Assembly: GCF_009914755.1 (NCBI RefSeq)
Contig: NC_060926.1
DNA from: the human T2T-CHM13v2.0 reference genome, Homo sapiens
Strand: one strand, 5' to 3'
Length of the DNA: 64,000 nucleotides
In this document: piece after piece, positions 1 through 23,884 of the stretch
Layout of the letters: each line of letters starts with the position of its first letter
Numbering within the stretch: the first letter of the stretch is position 1
The notes under the pieces: model-generated
What the model was told of the DNA's origin: nothing
What the model saw: only the letters and a program-made list of their open reading frames with translations
Database searches by the model: none
Position numbers and translations under genes: made by a program

Positions 1-319
1 AACCCCTTGAGGATGCACAGTGCCCAGGGCACTGCCCCTCTGAGTCCAGCGGGAAGCACAGTGCCCAGCCCTGAGTGGGGCTTGATGCATCTCTGCAGGC
101 ATGAGGACTTGCCCCTGTGCCCCCAGGTAGCCCTCGACAGGAAGCTGACACAGGAAGCTGAAATCCACAATGTGGGATGGAAGTCACTGTCAGGCTAGGC
201 CTTCATCCCCCACCATTCCTCAAGCTCCAGGGAAAAAGAGATATCCTCAGGTGCCCAGAGCAGCAGATGGTTCCCAAGAGCAGACAACCCAGGCATGTCA
301 GTAAAAGAGCCCACCATGA

Positions 320-676
<357 letters not shown>

Positions 677-744
677 CTACCACACACATCTCTGTGGCTC
701 TGGGCACACTGCGAGCTTCAGGCTTCCTGCGGGTCCCAGCACTC

Positions 745-900
745 ATTCACTCACCAAGTGTTACTGAGTGCCAGGCTGCTTTCATGGTGCTAGGGATGCA
801 GCCGTGAACAAGACAGACAAGATTCCTGCCCTTTGGGGCTGGCCTTCCAATGCAAGGCCACAGAAGGATGGAGTAAGCAAATGAATGAGACCACGGCAGA
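745..900 (-). mobile_element. L2 3'-end fragment
   Basis: ATTCACTCACCAAGTGTTACTGAGTGCC...GTGCTAGGGATGCAGCCGTGAACAAGACAGACAAGATTCCTGCCCT is typical of L2; a similar fragment lies at ~10395-10570. Confidence 0.7.
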
Positions 901-3900
901 CACTGGGCGATGTTATGAATGATGCCGCAGAGGGGCATGAGATGGAGCAGGGGAGAGGGCACCAGGGAGGATTCTGGGAGGAGATGGCCTTCCGCTGCAA
1001 CTCCAGGGATGACAAGGAGCCTGCCAGGGCTGGGGCAGGGAAGAGCAGCGGGAGGCAGAACGGCAGGGACAAAGGCCTTGCAGCAGGAGCTCTGGTTGAG
1101 CCCAGGGCCCTGGTCAGGGTCTGATTTCATTAAAAGGACAATGGGAACCGTTGGAAGGTCCTGACTGGGGGTGGGCTAGGGAGGGAACCTGTGAGTGGAG
1201 AGTGGACTGTGGGGGCAGGAGTGGTCATGGGGAGAGGTCAGGAGCTGATGCAGTGATTCAGGGGACAGGGGGCTGACTTGACCCCTGGGTGGCAATGCAA
1301 ATGAAGGAGGCTCCAGGATCAGCAGGGGCAGGGCTGTCAGGAATCGTGGGCAGATGGGATGGGGTGGACAATGAGAAAGAGAGGGGCGGGGGTGGCTCCC
1401 AGGTCTGGGCTGAGCAGAGGGCAAACAGGTTCCTGAGGAAGGAGGAGGTTCCCTCCTCTCCCCTGTCACCCCAGGCCCTGCCAGGGCTCCTCCTCCCTGA
1501 GACGGGGCCTGGGAGCAGCTGAGAGAGGCCAGCTGCTGCCCAGTTTTATAATCTGGAAGAGGGACATGTATTCAGCATAGGGTGAAGGCCAGAGAAGAGA
1601 GGTTGCCCCCACCACAGCCAGAGAGAGCTGGGGAGCTGCAGGAGGTGGGGGCGGGTGAGGGGCATGGGGAGCTGAGGCTCAGGTTTAGAGCACAGATGGC
1701 CGGGGTGACGCCAGACAGGAAGAGACTGATCAGGGAGGATCAGGGCCCAAATCCGATGATGCTTCCTCAAGAATGACTGCGCCTGGAAAAGCTGAGGCCA
1801 TCACTGCTCATGGAGCCACCCAGACACCCAGAGAGGGTCAGGTGTGCACACACACGCATACATGTGTTATGTGCACACAGACTCATACACACACACCCTG
1901 CACTTACATAGCCACACTCACACACCTGTCCTCCTGCACACAGTGCTGCACGGCCAAGCCTAAGCATCCTCTCCATTACCCATGGACACCCAGACACACC
2001 ACAGTGATGTGGCCTCCCTAGTCCCAGGACAGCCCTCAGAGCCCTCCGTGATTAGTCCTGCCATGGTCCCAGCGGCCCCAGGAGCCAGCCCCCAGATCCA
2101 TGGGGGAGGGGCCCACCCCGGCTCACATGCCCCAGCTGCCCCTCCGCAGCCCATGAACCTGTACTCCTGACCACCAGCCCTGAGACCCACCACCACCCAC
2201 CAGTGCCCTGCCCACATTTCACGTGGACACAGCCCTGCCTGATACAAGCCCCGAGTCCATTTCTCAGACAGCACAGGTGAGTGGCCCCTTCCCTACTTAG
2301 CCAGCACCACCCAGAAGGAAGCAGGTTCCTGGACGGCGGGGGCGGTCAAGCAGGGCCATTTCTGGGGCCCTGGCCTCAGCCCTCTCCTCACACACAAACA
2401 CAGGATGACCACACACCTGCCACACACACACACACAACACACATACCCCAGAACACACACACCACACATTTGTGACTATGAATGAATCTCTCATTTGAGT
2501 GTTGCAACCCAGAAGAGGTCACCACCAATGTCCCCTGATTCCTTCAGGGGTGTAGCTGCTGCCCAGAGAGGTGTGTGGCCCTATCCCCAGCTCAACTCAC
2601 CCAGAGCAGGGCCTGGGCAGGAAGTGCCTGCCTCTGTTTCCCCAGGGGCAGGGGCAGGACTCAGGTTTAGTCTGAGAGAGGTAAGACCCTGGAGGAGTGG
2701 CTCCCAGTGGCCACCAAGGGCATCTCAGGCTGGGCCTGGCAAAGGCAGTAGCGACCTAGGTCCAGCTTCCTAGAGCCTGCAGGGGTCAGGCACACCCAGT
2801 GCTTTGCCAGCACAGGGCTGGGAGCTGTGGCTGCAAGATCACCCAGGAGCAGGGCCGAGTGAGGGCCCCCGGGAGCAGCCCCAATGACAGCAGTCACTAA
2901 GCCAGAACCCCCAAGCCAGGAGGCTCCTTTCTGCTGGCCTGGGTGCTGAGGGCAAGGGAGAGGCACGAGGGACACAGGATGGCCCGGAGGGTGTGCTGCC
3001 CTTACCCAGACCCCGTGGGAGGACCCCGGAGAAGGGCAGGAGGGTGGTGCCCAGGGAGGCGCCCTGTGTGCCAGCAGGGAAGGCCTGCAGCTGGGGGGCC
3101 ACCTGCCTTCCTCCCTTCTCTCTCCTTTTCCTCTACGTACCCACTGTCTCTTTGTTCTCCTCCTCCTCACCCATCTCTCTCCTCCTCCCCAACCCCTCAC
3201 TGCTCCCCATCTTCAGGCCACCCCCCTACCCTCAGTAAATATCCCCCTCAGCCAGAGGAGGCCAAGGGAGGGGAGCTGAGCAGTGGCTGAGGCAGGGACG
3301 CTGGTCCTGGCCCATGCTGTCCAGGCTCAGGGGATGCCCTGGCAAGCCTCTCCCAGGACTCCTGCCCCTCGTATGGACTTAAAGGACTGAGGCCCCTGAT
3401 GCCAGTGCCTGGCCCAAGATGAACCAGTATAGAGCCTGCCTCTCCCTGCTCAGAGACCACAGTGGTGACAGCCAATCCTCACTCAAGGGCCTGGCTTAGA
3501 GGACTCGCCAACGACCCCCATTCACCCTGCAACCCCAACTTCCACACCTCCGCTCTTGCTGTTCTCTGCCCCTGGATTGCTGGAGCCGCCTCTTCTGTGG
3601 ATCCTTCTGTGTCCCAGCCCAGCCCTCCCGACTTCTCCTCCATTCTGGGCTCAAGCACGGCTGCCTCTTCAGCCTGTGATGCACTCCTGGAGGCCAGAGG
3701 AGGTGCTCCGTGACCGCTCCTGAGCACTAGGTCTGCAGACTGGCCTGCACGTGCCCAGCCTTGCCCTGGCCAGGCCTGCTGGACCAGAGAAACCCAGAGG
3801 ATAAAGGCCCAAGGTCACAATGCAGGGGAGTGTCCCATGCCCCCCAGGGAAGGCGCCCAGAGCCGAAGTCTTCTCCCTCTGGGGACTGAAGCCCCTCCTT

Positions 3901-4315
3901 AAGGCAGGGGAACGGGCACACCACCTCAACACAGGTTGCTCACCAGGCACAATAGGATTGTTGGCTTCTGCGTGCACCAGAATTTCACCTCCCTCCACCC
4001 TTCTCCACCCACCAGGCCCCTCTGCTCAGCCTCAGACCCCAGCCCAGAATGTCCAGTTGCTAATGGCCCCAGTCAGTGAGCTCCCAGAAGCTGCTCCATG
4101 CTCCCCAGATCCTGGAGGCCAGAGTAGCCGGGGGCCTGGCTGCAACTGCCTGGGCTGGAGACCCAGAGGGTTTCCTCGCCTCTATTCCAGCAGCACCAGG
4201 CACCTGGATGTTGTCTCATTCTGGCTAAAAATAAGAACTATTTGGCAATGTTTTCCAATAACTTCCAATTACTGTGAATCTACCGTGAGCTAGCTACATT
4301 AAATCATACTTCTCA

Positions 4316-4663
<348 letters not shown>

Positions 4664-7600
4664 CTATTCCCATTTGGCGGATGAGGAATTTTTTCCCCAA
4701 TGTCAAGGCAGAACTGGGACTCCCGCCCATCCTTTCCTCGTTAAGGCCCCTGGGCTCTGTGCATTAGTCCTGCCTCTCCGATGGTGGTAAGGTCCTCCAA
4801 GGAAGAGGAGGCCTGACATGCCCATGGCCGCACTGCCACCCATGCCCCTGGCACCATCTGACCTTGGTTGGAGCCCAGCAGTCCCCCACCCCCACCCAGT
4901 GGAAACAGAACAGAAATGCGTGTGTGCCCAGGACCCGGGGCATGGGACCTCACATGTGGCTACAAATTAGATGGGCTACAGATTAGTTGTGGGTTAGAAC
5001 CCCAGATGGGTTCACCATCTTCCAGGGGCTGGGGAACCCCCTCCACCTTGGCTGAGAGATGAGCCCACTTCAAACACACTTTTACCTTTTACTTATTCTC
5101 CAAAATTTGTTTGGAATGATGACATAAAATATGAGAAAAACAAACAAGCACTGTTTTTTAAACCAGAAAAGCAGAGAGGTGGTTAACTCCATGCCACAAA
5201 AGGATCAGAGACCCGGCATGTCATGTGCCCACACCAGGGCCCATGTTGGGGTGACTCCAAGCAGTGTGACAAACTGGTTTGGGGGCTAATGTGAGGTTAC
5301 AGCAGAGGTTTCCCAAACCAACCAGTTGGTTTCAGAATCAGCCAGGCCCTGTTGTCTCCTAACCAGACTATGATAACAGCCACCCCCAGGTCCTGGGCAC
5401 CTGCCTCTGCCTCTCCCGGCCCCGTCTGCCCACCCCCTCCCATCACAGCCCAAGTCTTCTTCCCCGAGGGAAATCTGAGTCCCAGCTCCCTATAGTTGCC
5501 TCTGGGATGCATCCACACCCTTCAGCAGGGAGTCAAGGCCCCATCTTTCTTCCCCTTATTTGATTCATGTTCTTCAGCAAAGCCCAGCTTAGTTCTTCCC
5601 ACCACCCTGTGCCCATGGCCCCCAAACCACCTTGCTCACAGCAGCCACTCTGTCTGCAATGCCCTTCTTGTGGACTCAGAATGCCCTCATGCCCGCCTCC
5701 CTGGGGCCAGCACCAATGCTGCCTCCTCCAGGAAGCTTCCCCGTCACCCTGGCGGAGCGTGGTGGCTCCCTCTTGGGTGCCCTGCAGCTCTGTGAAGCCC
5801 TCAGGGACTTGCTGTCCCATGGGAGCTGCTGTCATGCAGCTGCTTCCAAGCAGGCTCCACCCTCTTGGATGTCTCCCTCTGTCCTCACCCCAGGGATTCT
5901 CATCAGCCCTTCTTTACAGATATGGAAACTGAGGCTCAGAGAGGGAAAGTGAGTCATGCTTGGTGAATCCTAAGCAAGAGGCTGGAGGGGCAGAAGACAT
6001 GTCCTGTACAGGCTGCCCAGAGCCATGCTGCCTTCCCCCACCCTCAGCAGAACCTGCCTGCCCCCAGGTCAGCCACCGTCCCCCCAGGAGGCCCCCATGC
6101 CTGAACACAGGGGTGGCCCCTGCCAGAGCCACACTGGGCAAGTAGGGCTGTGGACAGGACCAGTGCACAGCCATGGTTCCCACAGGGCAGAAGGAACAGG
6201 TTACAGAAAACCACTGGGCTTATCCTCAGCCATCTCCTACCTCCCCAAGGAGCCCTTGGGGCCTGGGGACAGGTCAGTAGCAGAGGAAGGACAAGGGGCT
6301 TACAAGCATCTTGGCCCTGGCATGGAGTCGAAAATGGGTGAGCAGGTGGCCACATGGGTTGGGGACCACAGGGCCAGGCAGTGTCCGGCAGCCCAGAAGC
6401 CCTGAGCTGAGGCTAAGCGGGGCTCTCCCCACACCCCACCCTATAGAGGGTGGAGGAAGTTCCCTGCTGGGTCCAGGGCTGGGACAGTGACAGGCCCCAG
6501 CGGGGAGAAGGCCCCATAGTCCCAGTCCGCCAAGGGAAATAGAAACTGCTCACACGCCAGCAGTAGGGCGCACACGGGGTGCCTTCCCCTCATGGCGTGC
6601 AAGGAGGGGTGGCCCCTCTGTGTGGGCGGCGGCAGTGCTGAATCATGTCACCCTGCCCCTGCCGCTTCACTGGGAAAGGGGCCCCAGCAGCACCACCTCA
6701 CCCTGCTGTTGTCGGAACTGAATGAGCCACCATCCGGGAAGGTGTTTTGGAAGCTGTGAACGGCCTGCCATACGTAAATAATTAAAATAATGAAGGAACA
6801 ACAGACTCATGAGGGCAGGCAAGTGGGCTGGCCTCCCAGCACAGGGGGCAGCCCCCACCTATAGGGAGACCCCAGAAGAAGCTTTTCTTCTGTCCCCCAG
6901 CCTCTCTCCAGGCATAGGGCTCTTCCTGGCCCCTCTGCCCATGTGTAAGCTTCTCTCACAGCCGAGGACAAAGCCTTCCCCAGGACCCTCCTGCTCTGGC
7001 ACCTCTCAGCCTCCTGGCCCTTGACTCCTCAACTTTGGATCCTGTGGGGCAAGAGAGGGCAGTCAGGGAGAGCAGAGGCCCCATGGTTGTCAATTCAGGG
7101 GGAGCGTCACAGACAGTGCCCCCCTGCCCCACCTAGCTGGGCCCCTTCCTCGTGCATCTCCGGGCTGCTTATGCTAAGAGAACCTTCCTCCTTTCCCTGA
7201 TCGGCAGCCCCTTCTGTAGGCTCCATGCAGCAGGTGCTGGGACAGAAGAAATCCATGCTGGTGCACTGCAGCCGTCTGCTCCCGAGAGGGCCGCCTCGGG
7301 ACCTGCTGCCCAGCACGGGCTCGGGCAAGGCTTGCTGAGAGGCTCAGGGCACGGGGGATCCAGGAGTCCAAGGTGGACCCAGGGGGCCTGGCCGCCTGCA
7401 CAGCCCCTTCTTGTCCTAGCTTGGCAGGAGGCCCTCAGACCCTGGCCAGTGAGGTCCAGAGAGTCTGCACTGGGACAGCCCAGTCACATCAGCGGCAAGA
7501 AGAGTCGCGAGAGAGCCAGGAGCTGGGTCACGAGAGGGTGTTGCTGACTGTTTTTGGCCCCAGCCCCTTCTTGCCCCTTCAATAAACTTCTCCTCCTCCA

Positions 7601-8534
7601 CCCTGGAATTTCCCCAGGAGGATCACACACATTAGAGGGGCGCTGCCCAGAACTAAGACCTCCGTGAGACTCAGCCATTCAACACATATTTGTGGAGCAG
7701 CTCTTATGCGCCAGGCACCGCTCTGGGCTCTGGGAATGCAGTGGCTTTGCTGGTTACTCTCTGTCCCCTTCCCCTTCCCAGACCCGTTCTCCTCCCTGCT
7801 CTGGGCCCACAGGCTGCCATGCACGGACAGTCAGGTGGGATCTCTCACTCTCTGCTTCCTGACTACTCAGCCAGAAGGCACCAGGAGGCGAAGTGGGGAA
7901 AGAGTCTCGAGGACTTCTATCCCTGCTCCTCCTCTGCCCTGACACCAAGGTGTGGGCCGGGCTGGGTCCCTCTGGGACTCCCGTTCCCATAGCTCGGCCC
8001 CTCTTCACAGCCCTCGCTGTCCCAGACTCTGACAACATCTTCCCTCTCCTTGTTCTCCCAGCCCAAAAAAGAAGAATGGCCTTGTGGTACAGTGCAAAAA
8101 TGACTACAACATTTTGACGCTCTTCTATCAAGAGGTGGAGTCCAATTCTCCACAACACATCAAGGACACAGGACAGCCCAGCCTGTGGCACAGGTGCTTT
8201 CTCACACATCCTGCCCAGACGCCCACGGTTCCTGGTACTGTGTGTTTGCCCTCGCTGCAAATATGCCCGATTTGTTCAACTACAGCTGTGTTCCTCGTGG
8301 TCTTTGGCTGGAGGGAGTTGAGAGACCCCACCTCTATCCTGGTTCCAGCCTCGCCCCTCCTCCTGTAGCATCCAGAATGAACTTTCTAAGTTTCTAAATT
8401 GCTCTGCTGGAAACCTTTCAGTGGCACCCAGGTATGTCGGTAGCAGTTCGATTTGGCTGACAGGACAGTGGCCCAGGGTTAAGTGGGGACTAGGAGCTCA
8501 GGCTGGTATGCAGGCTCTCCTCCCCAGAACTCCC

Positions 8535-9965
8535 AGCATATAAAAACTATAAAAACCCTAGAAGAAAACCTAGGAAATACCATTCTGGACACAAGCCCTG
8601 GCAGAGACTCCAAAAGCAATTGGAACAAAACCAAAAATTAACAAATGGGACCTAATTAAACTAAACAGCTTCTACACAGCAAAAGAAACCATCAACAGAG
8701 TAAACAGGCAACCTACAGAACAAGAGAAAATATTTGCAAACAATGCATCCAACAAAGTTCTAATATCCAGAATCTATAAGGAACTTAAATTAACAAGCAA
8801 AAAACAACCCCATTTAAAAAATGGACAAAGGGCTGGGTACAATGGCTCATGCCTGTAATCCAGCACTTTTGGAGGCCAAAGCAGGCAGACCACTTGAGGT
8901 CAGGAGTTCAAGAGACCAGCCTGGCCAATATGTGAAACCCTGTCTCTACTAAAAATACAAAAATTAGCCAGCTGTGGTGGCTCGCGCCTGTAGCCCCAGC
9001 TAGCTACTTGGGAGGCTGAGGCAGGAGAATCACTTCAACCCAGAAGGCAGAGGTTGCAGTGAGCCGAGACCTCGCCACTGCACTCTAGCCTGGGTGACAG
9101 AGCAAGACTCTCTCTCAAAAAAATAAAAAATAAAAATAATAAAAATGGGCAAAGGCCATGAACAGACACTTCTCAAAAGAAGACATACATATGGCCAACA
9201 AGCATATGAATAAAATGGTCAGTATCACTAATTATTAGAGAAAGGCAAATCGAAACCACAATGAGATAACAATTCACACCAGTCAGAATGGCTACTATTA
9301 AAAAGTCAAAAAATAACAGATGCTGGAGAGGTTGTAGAGAAAAGAGAACACTTCCATGCTGCCAGTGGGAATGTAAATTAGTTCAGCCACTGTAGAAAGC
9401 AGTTTGGAGATTTCTCCAAGAACTTAAAGCAGAACTATCATTTGACCCAGCAATTCATTACTGAGTATGTACCCAAAGGAACATAAATCATTCTACCACA
9501 AAGACACATGCACGTGAATGCTCATTACAGCACTATGCACAACAGCAAGGAGGAGGAATAAACCTAAATGCCCATCAACGGTGGACTGGATAAAGAAAAT
9601 GTGGTGCATATATACCATGGAAGATTACACAGCCATAAAAAAGGAGATCAAGTCCTTTGCAGCAACACGGATGGAGGTGGAGGCCATCATCCTAAGCAAA
9701 TTAATGCAGGAATAGATAACCAAATACCGCAAGTTCTCACTTATAAGTGGGAGCTAAACGTTGAGCACACATGGAGCCTACTTGAGGTGGACGAGGAGGG
9801 TGAGGGTCGAAAAACTACCTGTCTAGTACTATCCTTATTACTGGGGTGACGAAAAAATCTGTACACCAAACCCCCATAACGTGCAATTTACCCATGTCAC
9901 AAGCTTGCACACATACCCTCTGAACCTAAAATAAAAGTTGGAGAGAAAAAAAACAAAATAAACTT
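8535..9965 (+). mobile_element. L1 3' portion (ORF2 C-terminal region, 3'UTR and A-tail), interrupted by an Alu at ~8831-9143
   Basis: Typical L1 sequence (AAAACCCTAGAAGAAAACCTAGG; remnant KCPSTVDWIKKMWCIYTMEDY); Alu flanked by AAAAATGG(A/G)CAAAGG TSD. Confidence 0.9.
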
Positions 9966-9966
9966 A

Positions 9967-14857
<4,891 letters not shown>

Positions 14858-15084
14858 TGTAGGGAAAGCAACATGACACTATTGAGTAAAAACGGAGTAT
14901 ACTGGCTACCCCCATATTAGCAAATCTTTCTGTCTCTTTCCTCTTAAAAAACAAAAAAACAAAAACACATTTCCTATAATGTATATGGAATAAGGCGAGG
15001 GAGAAAATAATAGGGGAGTGAGACTCCCATTCTGCCTCGTACGAAATAAGAAATAATGTTGGAGACATACTAAATGTCATCTAA

Positions 15085-19075
<3,991 letters not shown>

Positions 19076-19704
19076 AAAGTGAGGACCTAGGTAAAGATGA
19101 CAGTGGTTACCCCCTGAACCCATGCTTGACAGCAAAGAAGGTGAAGCAAAAGGCAAACCCCACACAATCAAGGAGAAAGGAAAGAAACAGGAAACATTTT
19201 TGGAAGGTGGAAAGTATATGGTCAAAATGGCAAATGGCTTAAGACAAAGAAAAAACTGAATTCCTAGCCAGTAGTGGGGACAGTTAAGAGCCAATCCAGT
19301 TTACCCAGTGGAATGCCCAAAAGGCTCAGGCTCAGTGAGGTACCATGTTGGGTGAAGAGAAGGGATAGACTAAGAACCAGCTGAAGGTTTGTGTAACAGC
19401 CAGCCAGCCTACCCTATAATGAGGTCATGGCCGGCCGCTCACATGCTGAGAACCCCCAGTCAGAGTTTCTTAATAAGAACCAACAACCAACAGCCAAGGA
19501 AAGCCTCAATCACAAAGGAGAGGCCACTAACAGGAAAAAGTAACTTGGAGGAAACATCGTGCAGGAAGAAAAAAAATTAACAAAAATCACTCCCATCCTC
19601 AGAGAGGGAAGATACTGTACCCATAAAATAAGAACAGTTGCCACAAAGAGCAAACACTCAGAAAATAGGTCTCCAGTTATTAAAAATAAGAAAGCAGAAA
19701 TTTA

Positions 19705-20264
<560 letters not shown>

Positions 20265-20799
20265 TTACCACACCTGCTGCAGCAGCAGAGAGAGAGATCC
20301 CAATTGCCAGAGAGGGTGAGTGGTTTTGTTTATTTTGTTTTGTTTTGTTTTGTTTTGTTTTGTTTTGTTTTGTTTTTGAGACGGAGCCTTGCTCCGTCAC
20401 CCAGGCTGGAATGCAGTGGCGCTGTCTCGGCTCACTGCAACCTCCCAGGTTCAAGCGATTCTCTCGCCTCAGCCTCCGGAGTAGCTGGGACTACAGGCGT
20501 GCGCACCACCACACCCAGCTAGTTTTTGTATTGTTGGTGGAGATAGGGTCTCACGATGTTACCTAGGCTGATATCCAACTCCTGGTCTCCAGTGCTCCAC
20601 CTATCTAGGCCTCCCAACTGCTGGGATTACGGGCGTGAGCCACCGCGCCAGCGAGGGTGGTTAGTGGTAAGGACACAACAGGGCCAGGCATGGTGGTAGG
20701 TGCCTGTAGTCCCAGATACTCAGGAGGGTGAGGCAGGAGAATCGCTTGAATGCGGGAAGCAGAGGTTGCAGTGAGCCGAGATCGAGCCATGCACTCCAG

Positions 20800-20826
20800 C
20801 CTGGGAGACAGAGTGAGACTCCATCT

Positions 20827-20866
<40 letters not shown>

Positions 20867-20967
20867 AAACCCTGGAAGACAGAGTGAGACCCCATCTCAA
20901 AAACAAAAACATACACACACACACACAACCACAACCCTGGGAGACAGAGTGAGACTCCATCTCAAAA

Positions 20968-21012
<45 letters not shown>

Positions 21013-21183
21013 ACCCTGGGAGACAGAGTGAGACTCCATCTCAGAAACAAACACACACACAAAACCCTGGGAGAGTGAGACTTGGTCTCAAAAACAAAAA
21101 AACACACACACAACCACAATCCTGGGAGACAGAGACTCCATCTCAAAAACAAAAAAACACACACATACACAACCACAACAAAC
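20800..21183 (+). repeat. Tandem array of six Alu-3'-end units with microsatellite spacers
   Basis: Core CCTGGGAGACAGAGTGAGACTCCATCTCA at ~20800, 20871, 20936, 21015, 21066 and 21121, separated by (CA)n/(GA)n/A-rich spacers. Confidence 0.92.
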
Positions 21184-21782
21184 TAAATAAATGAAAAACC
21201 AAGTACTGGCTCTAGGAAAACAAAAAGTCGTGCTAGAAAACAGTGTAGTGTCTTGCCTGTGATATTTCCATGCTCGTAATACTGTAAATGCTAAATAATA
21301 CTGTAACTAATTCAGTATAATTAAGTACTCTGGGACAAAGAGGGGATAAGGGGGGCAAGGAGGGGAAGGAAGAGCTAAGTCATTGCGAGGGGGTGGGGAT
21401 GGGAAGAAAGAGCGAAGTCTTCATATAATGCCTAAAATGAAAAAGCAAGGAGGGGCGAGATAAGCACATTATTTAGAGACCTGGAGATAAATATCAATAT
21501 AATATGCTGGGAGAGGTGAAACTGGCTGTCCCTGGGGAGGGGAGATGGTGGGAGGAGTTTTCATAACAAACTTTAAGAACGATTTGACTTTTTTTTTTTT
21601 TTTAGACTGAGTCTCACTCTGTTGCCCAGGCAGAGGGAGTTCAATGGTGCCATCTTGGCTCACTGCAACCTCCGCCTCCCTGATTCAAGCCTCCGGAGTA
21701 GCTGGGGTTACAGGTGGCATAAGCCATAGTGCCCGGCCATGACTTTTCCAACTATGCGCACAAATATTTGGATAAAAACTAA

Positions 21783-21995
<213 letters not shown>

Positions 21996-23457
21996 TGAGA
22001 TTACAGGCGTGAGCCAACGTGCTCAGCCAGAAAAAATGTTACGTACAAATACAAGTGGAGAAAAATACACTGATGCTCTGGGTTGTACAGATTATGTAAT
22101 TTTTCTTTATATTTTTATGTGTAAAAGAAATGCTTAAGTTAGGCCAGGCGCAATGGCTCATGCCTGTAATCCCGAGCACTTTGGGAGGCCAAGGTGGGTG
22201 GATCACCTGAGGTCAGGAGTTCAAGACCAGCCTGGCCAACATGGTAAAATGTCTCTACTAAAAATACAAAAATTAGCCGGGCGTGGTGGTGCGCACCTGC
22301 AGTCCCAGCTACTGGGAGGGCTGAGGCACGAGAATTGCTTGAACCTGGTAGGTAAAGATTGCAGTGAGCCACTGCACTCCAGCCTGGGTGATAGAGTGAG
22401 ACTCCGTCTCAAAAAAAAAAAGAAATGCATAAGTGCATTATCTTTTAGCCTCTTAATTAATACTGTAGAAAACAAAAGAATATGAAGGCAAGATCCAAAG
22501 GAGTATCCAGAACATTCTGGGTGATGAACCAGCAGGCCGCTGGTGTAACTATGTTCGAGACAGTTGGTCTCAGGAACGGAGTCACAGCTCACCCAGTCCT
22601 ACTCTGTCCTTGCTACACAGGACTGAGGCTTTGCTGGTTCTCGATGCTGGGCTGTGCAATTATGTCTAGGCCAGGGTTGTCTCCCCAGCTGCTTTATAAT
22701 TCCTTTGAAAGTCCTAAAGCACACAGTGGGCCCTCAATAAGTCCTTGCTGATTATCACCCCATCACACCTTCTTTCCTAGGCACAGAAATACAGGAAGCA
22801 ATAATGAGTTTCATAAGAAGTGGAGGAATCATAACAGGAGCATTGGAACATCAGACAGCTGGATCCTCCGAGTGGCCTGGCAGTCCTGGCTCCTTCCGGA
22901 GTGGCCAACCCAGCTTCCTAGGCTGAACACCGGACTGGCCTCCAGGAGCAGGAGGGTGATGAGGAAAAAGGCAGCTCATCCAAGCTGCTGTCTAGTTATC
23001 CCCATCTGTCCATCTGTCTCCTCAGCAAACACATTCTTAGTCACCACCTGGAGCCTGTGACTCTCCCAGTTATCTAAAGGGACAAACCCTTGGCCTCCTC
23101 TTCCCACTGGTGCACTACTGTGCAACCTGCACAGGCTGTGGTCATCTGACCCACTTCCTCTCTTTCATTCATAGGACTTGATGTAAATCAAGGCTCTGAG
23201 GGGACGATGGTGCCCATATAGACCCACATTGAACTGTCAGTTGTCAGGAGCTATAAAATCCTTCCAGCAGCCACGGGCAGGCTGGCAAGACTCCTAGTGG
23301 GTGGCACAGCCCTGCCCCCTGCTGCTCAACATGGAAGCTGCAGGATAGGTGACCCTGGCCAGGCTGGGAGTCTTTATGGACTCTACTGGGACAGTGGCCT
23401 CCAGACACCGGTTTTGAAAATTCATCTCTTAAATTGAGTTCTCTGCAGATCTCCCCT

Positions 23458-23884
23458 TGTTCTAGATTGAATTGTATCCCTCTAAAATTCATATGTTGAA
23501 GGTCTAATCCCCAGTATCTCAGAATGTGACCCTATTTGGAGATAGGGTGTTACAGATACAGTTAAGATCAAGTCATAATGAAGTAGTGTGGTCCCTAATG
23601 CAATATGACTGGTGTCCTTATTAAAAGGAAATGTGGGCAACACGTGCATGCAGGGAACACAAAGGCAGGGACTGGGGTGATGCAGCTCACACGCCAGCAA
23701 CCACAAAAAGCTGGGACAGAGTTCTAGAACATTCTCCCTCACTGCCCTCAGAAGGAGCCAGCCCTGCTCACACCTTGCTTTTGGACTTCCAGCCTCCAAA
23801 AATGTGAGACAATAAATTTTTATTGTTTAAGCCACTCAGTTTGTGGCACTTTGTTACAGCAGCTGATTATGACCAAACTAATAC
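23458..23884 (+). mobile_element. MaLR LTR (MLT1 family)
   Basis: TGT...GAATTGTATCCC...AAATTCATATGTTGAAG start; GGACTTCCAGCCTCC...AATAAATTT...TTGTTTAAGCCAC...AACTAATACA end. Confidence 0.85.

Noticed and set aside
1845-2470. CA-rich tracts as a structured repeat system
   Set aside because: Degenerate low-complexity (CA)-rich sequence without a conserved unit.
9518-9715. L1 ORF2-like ORF as an active element
   Set aside because: Short degenerate C-terminal remnant of a 5'-truncated, Alu-interrupted L1.
20800-21183. CRISPR array
   Set aside because: The repeats are Alu 3' ends, the spacers are related microsatellites of unequal length, there are no cas genes, and the context is mammalian.
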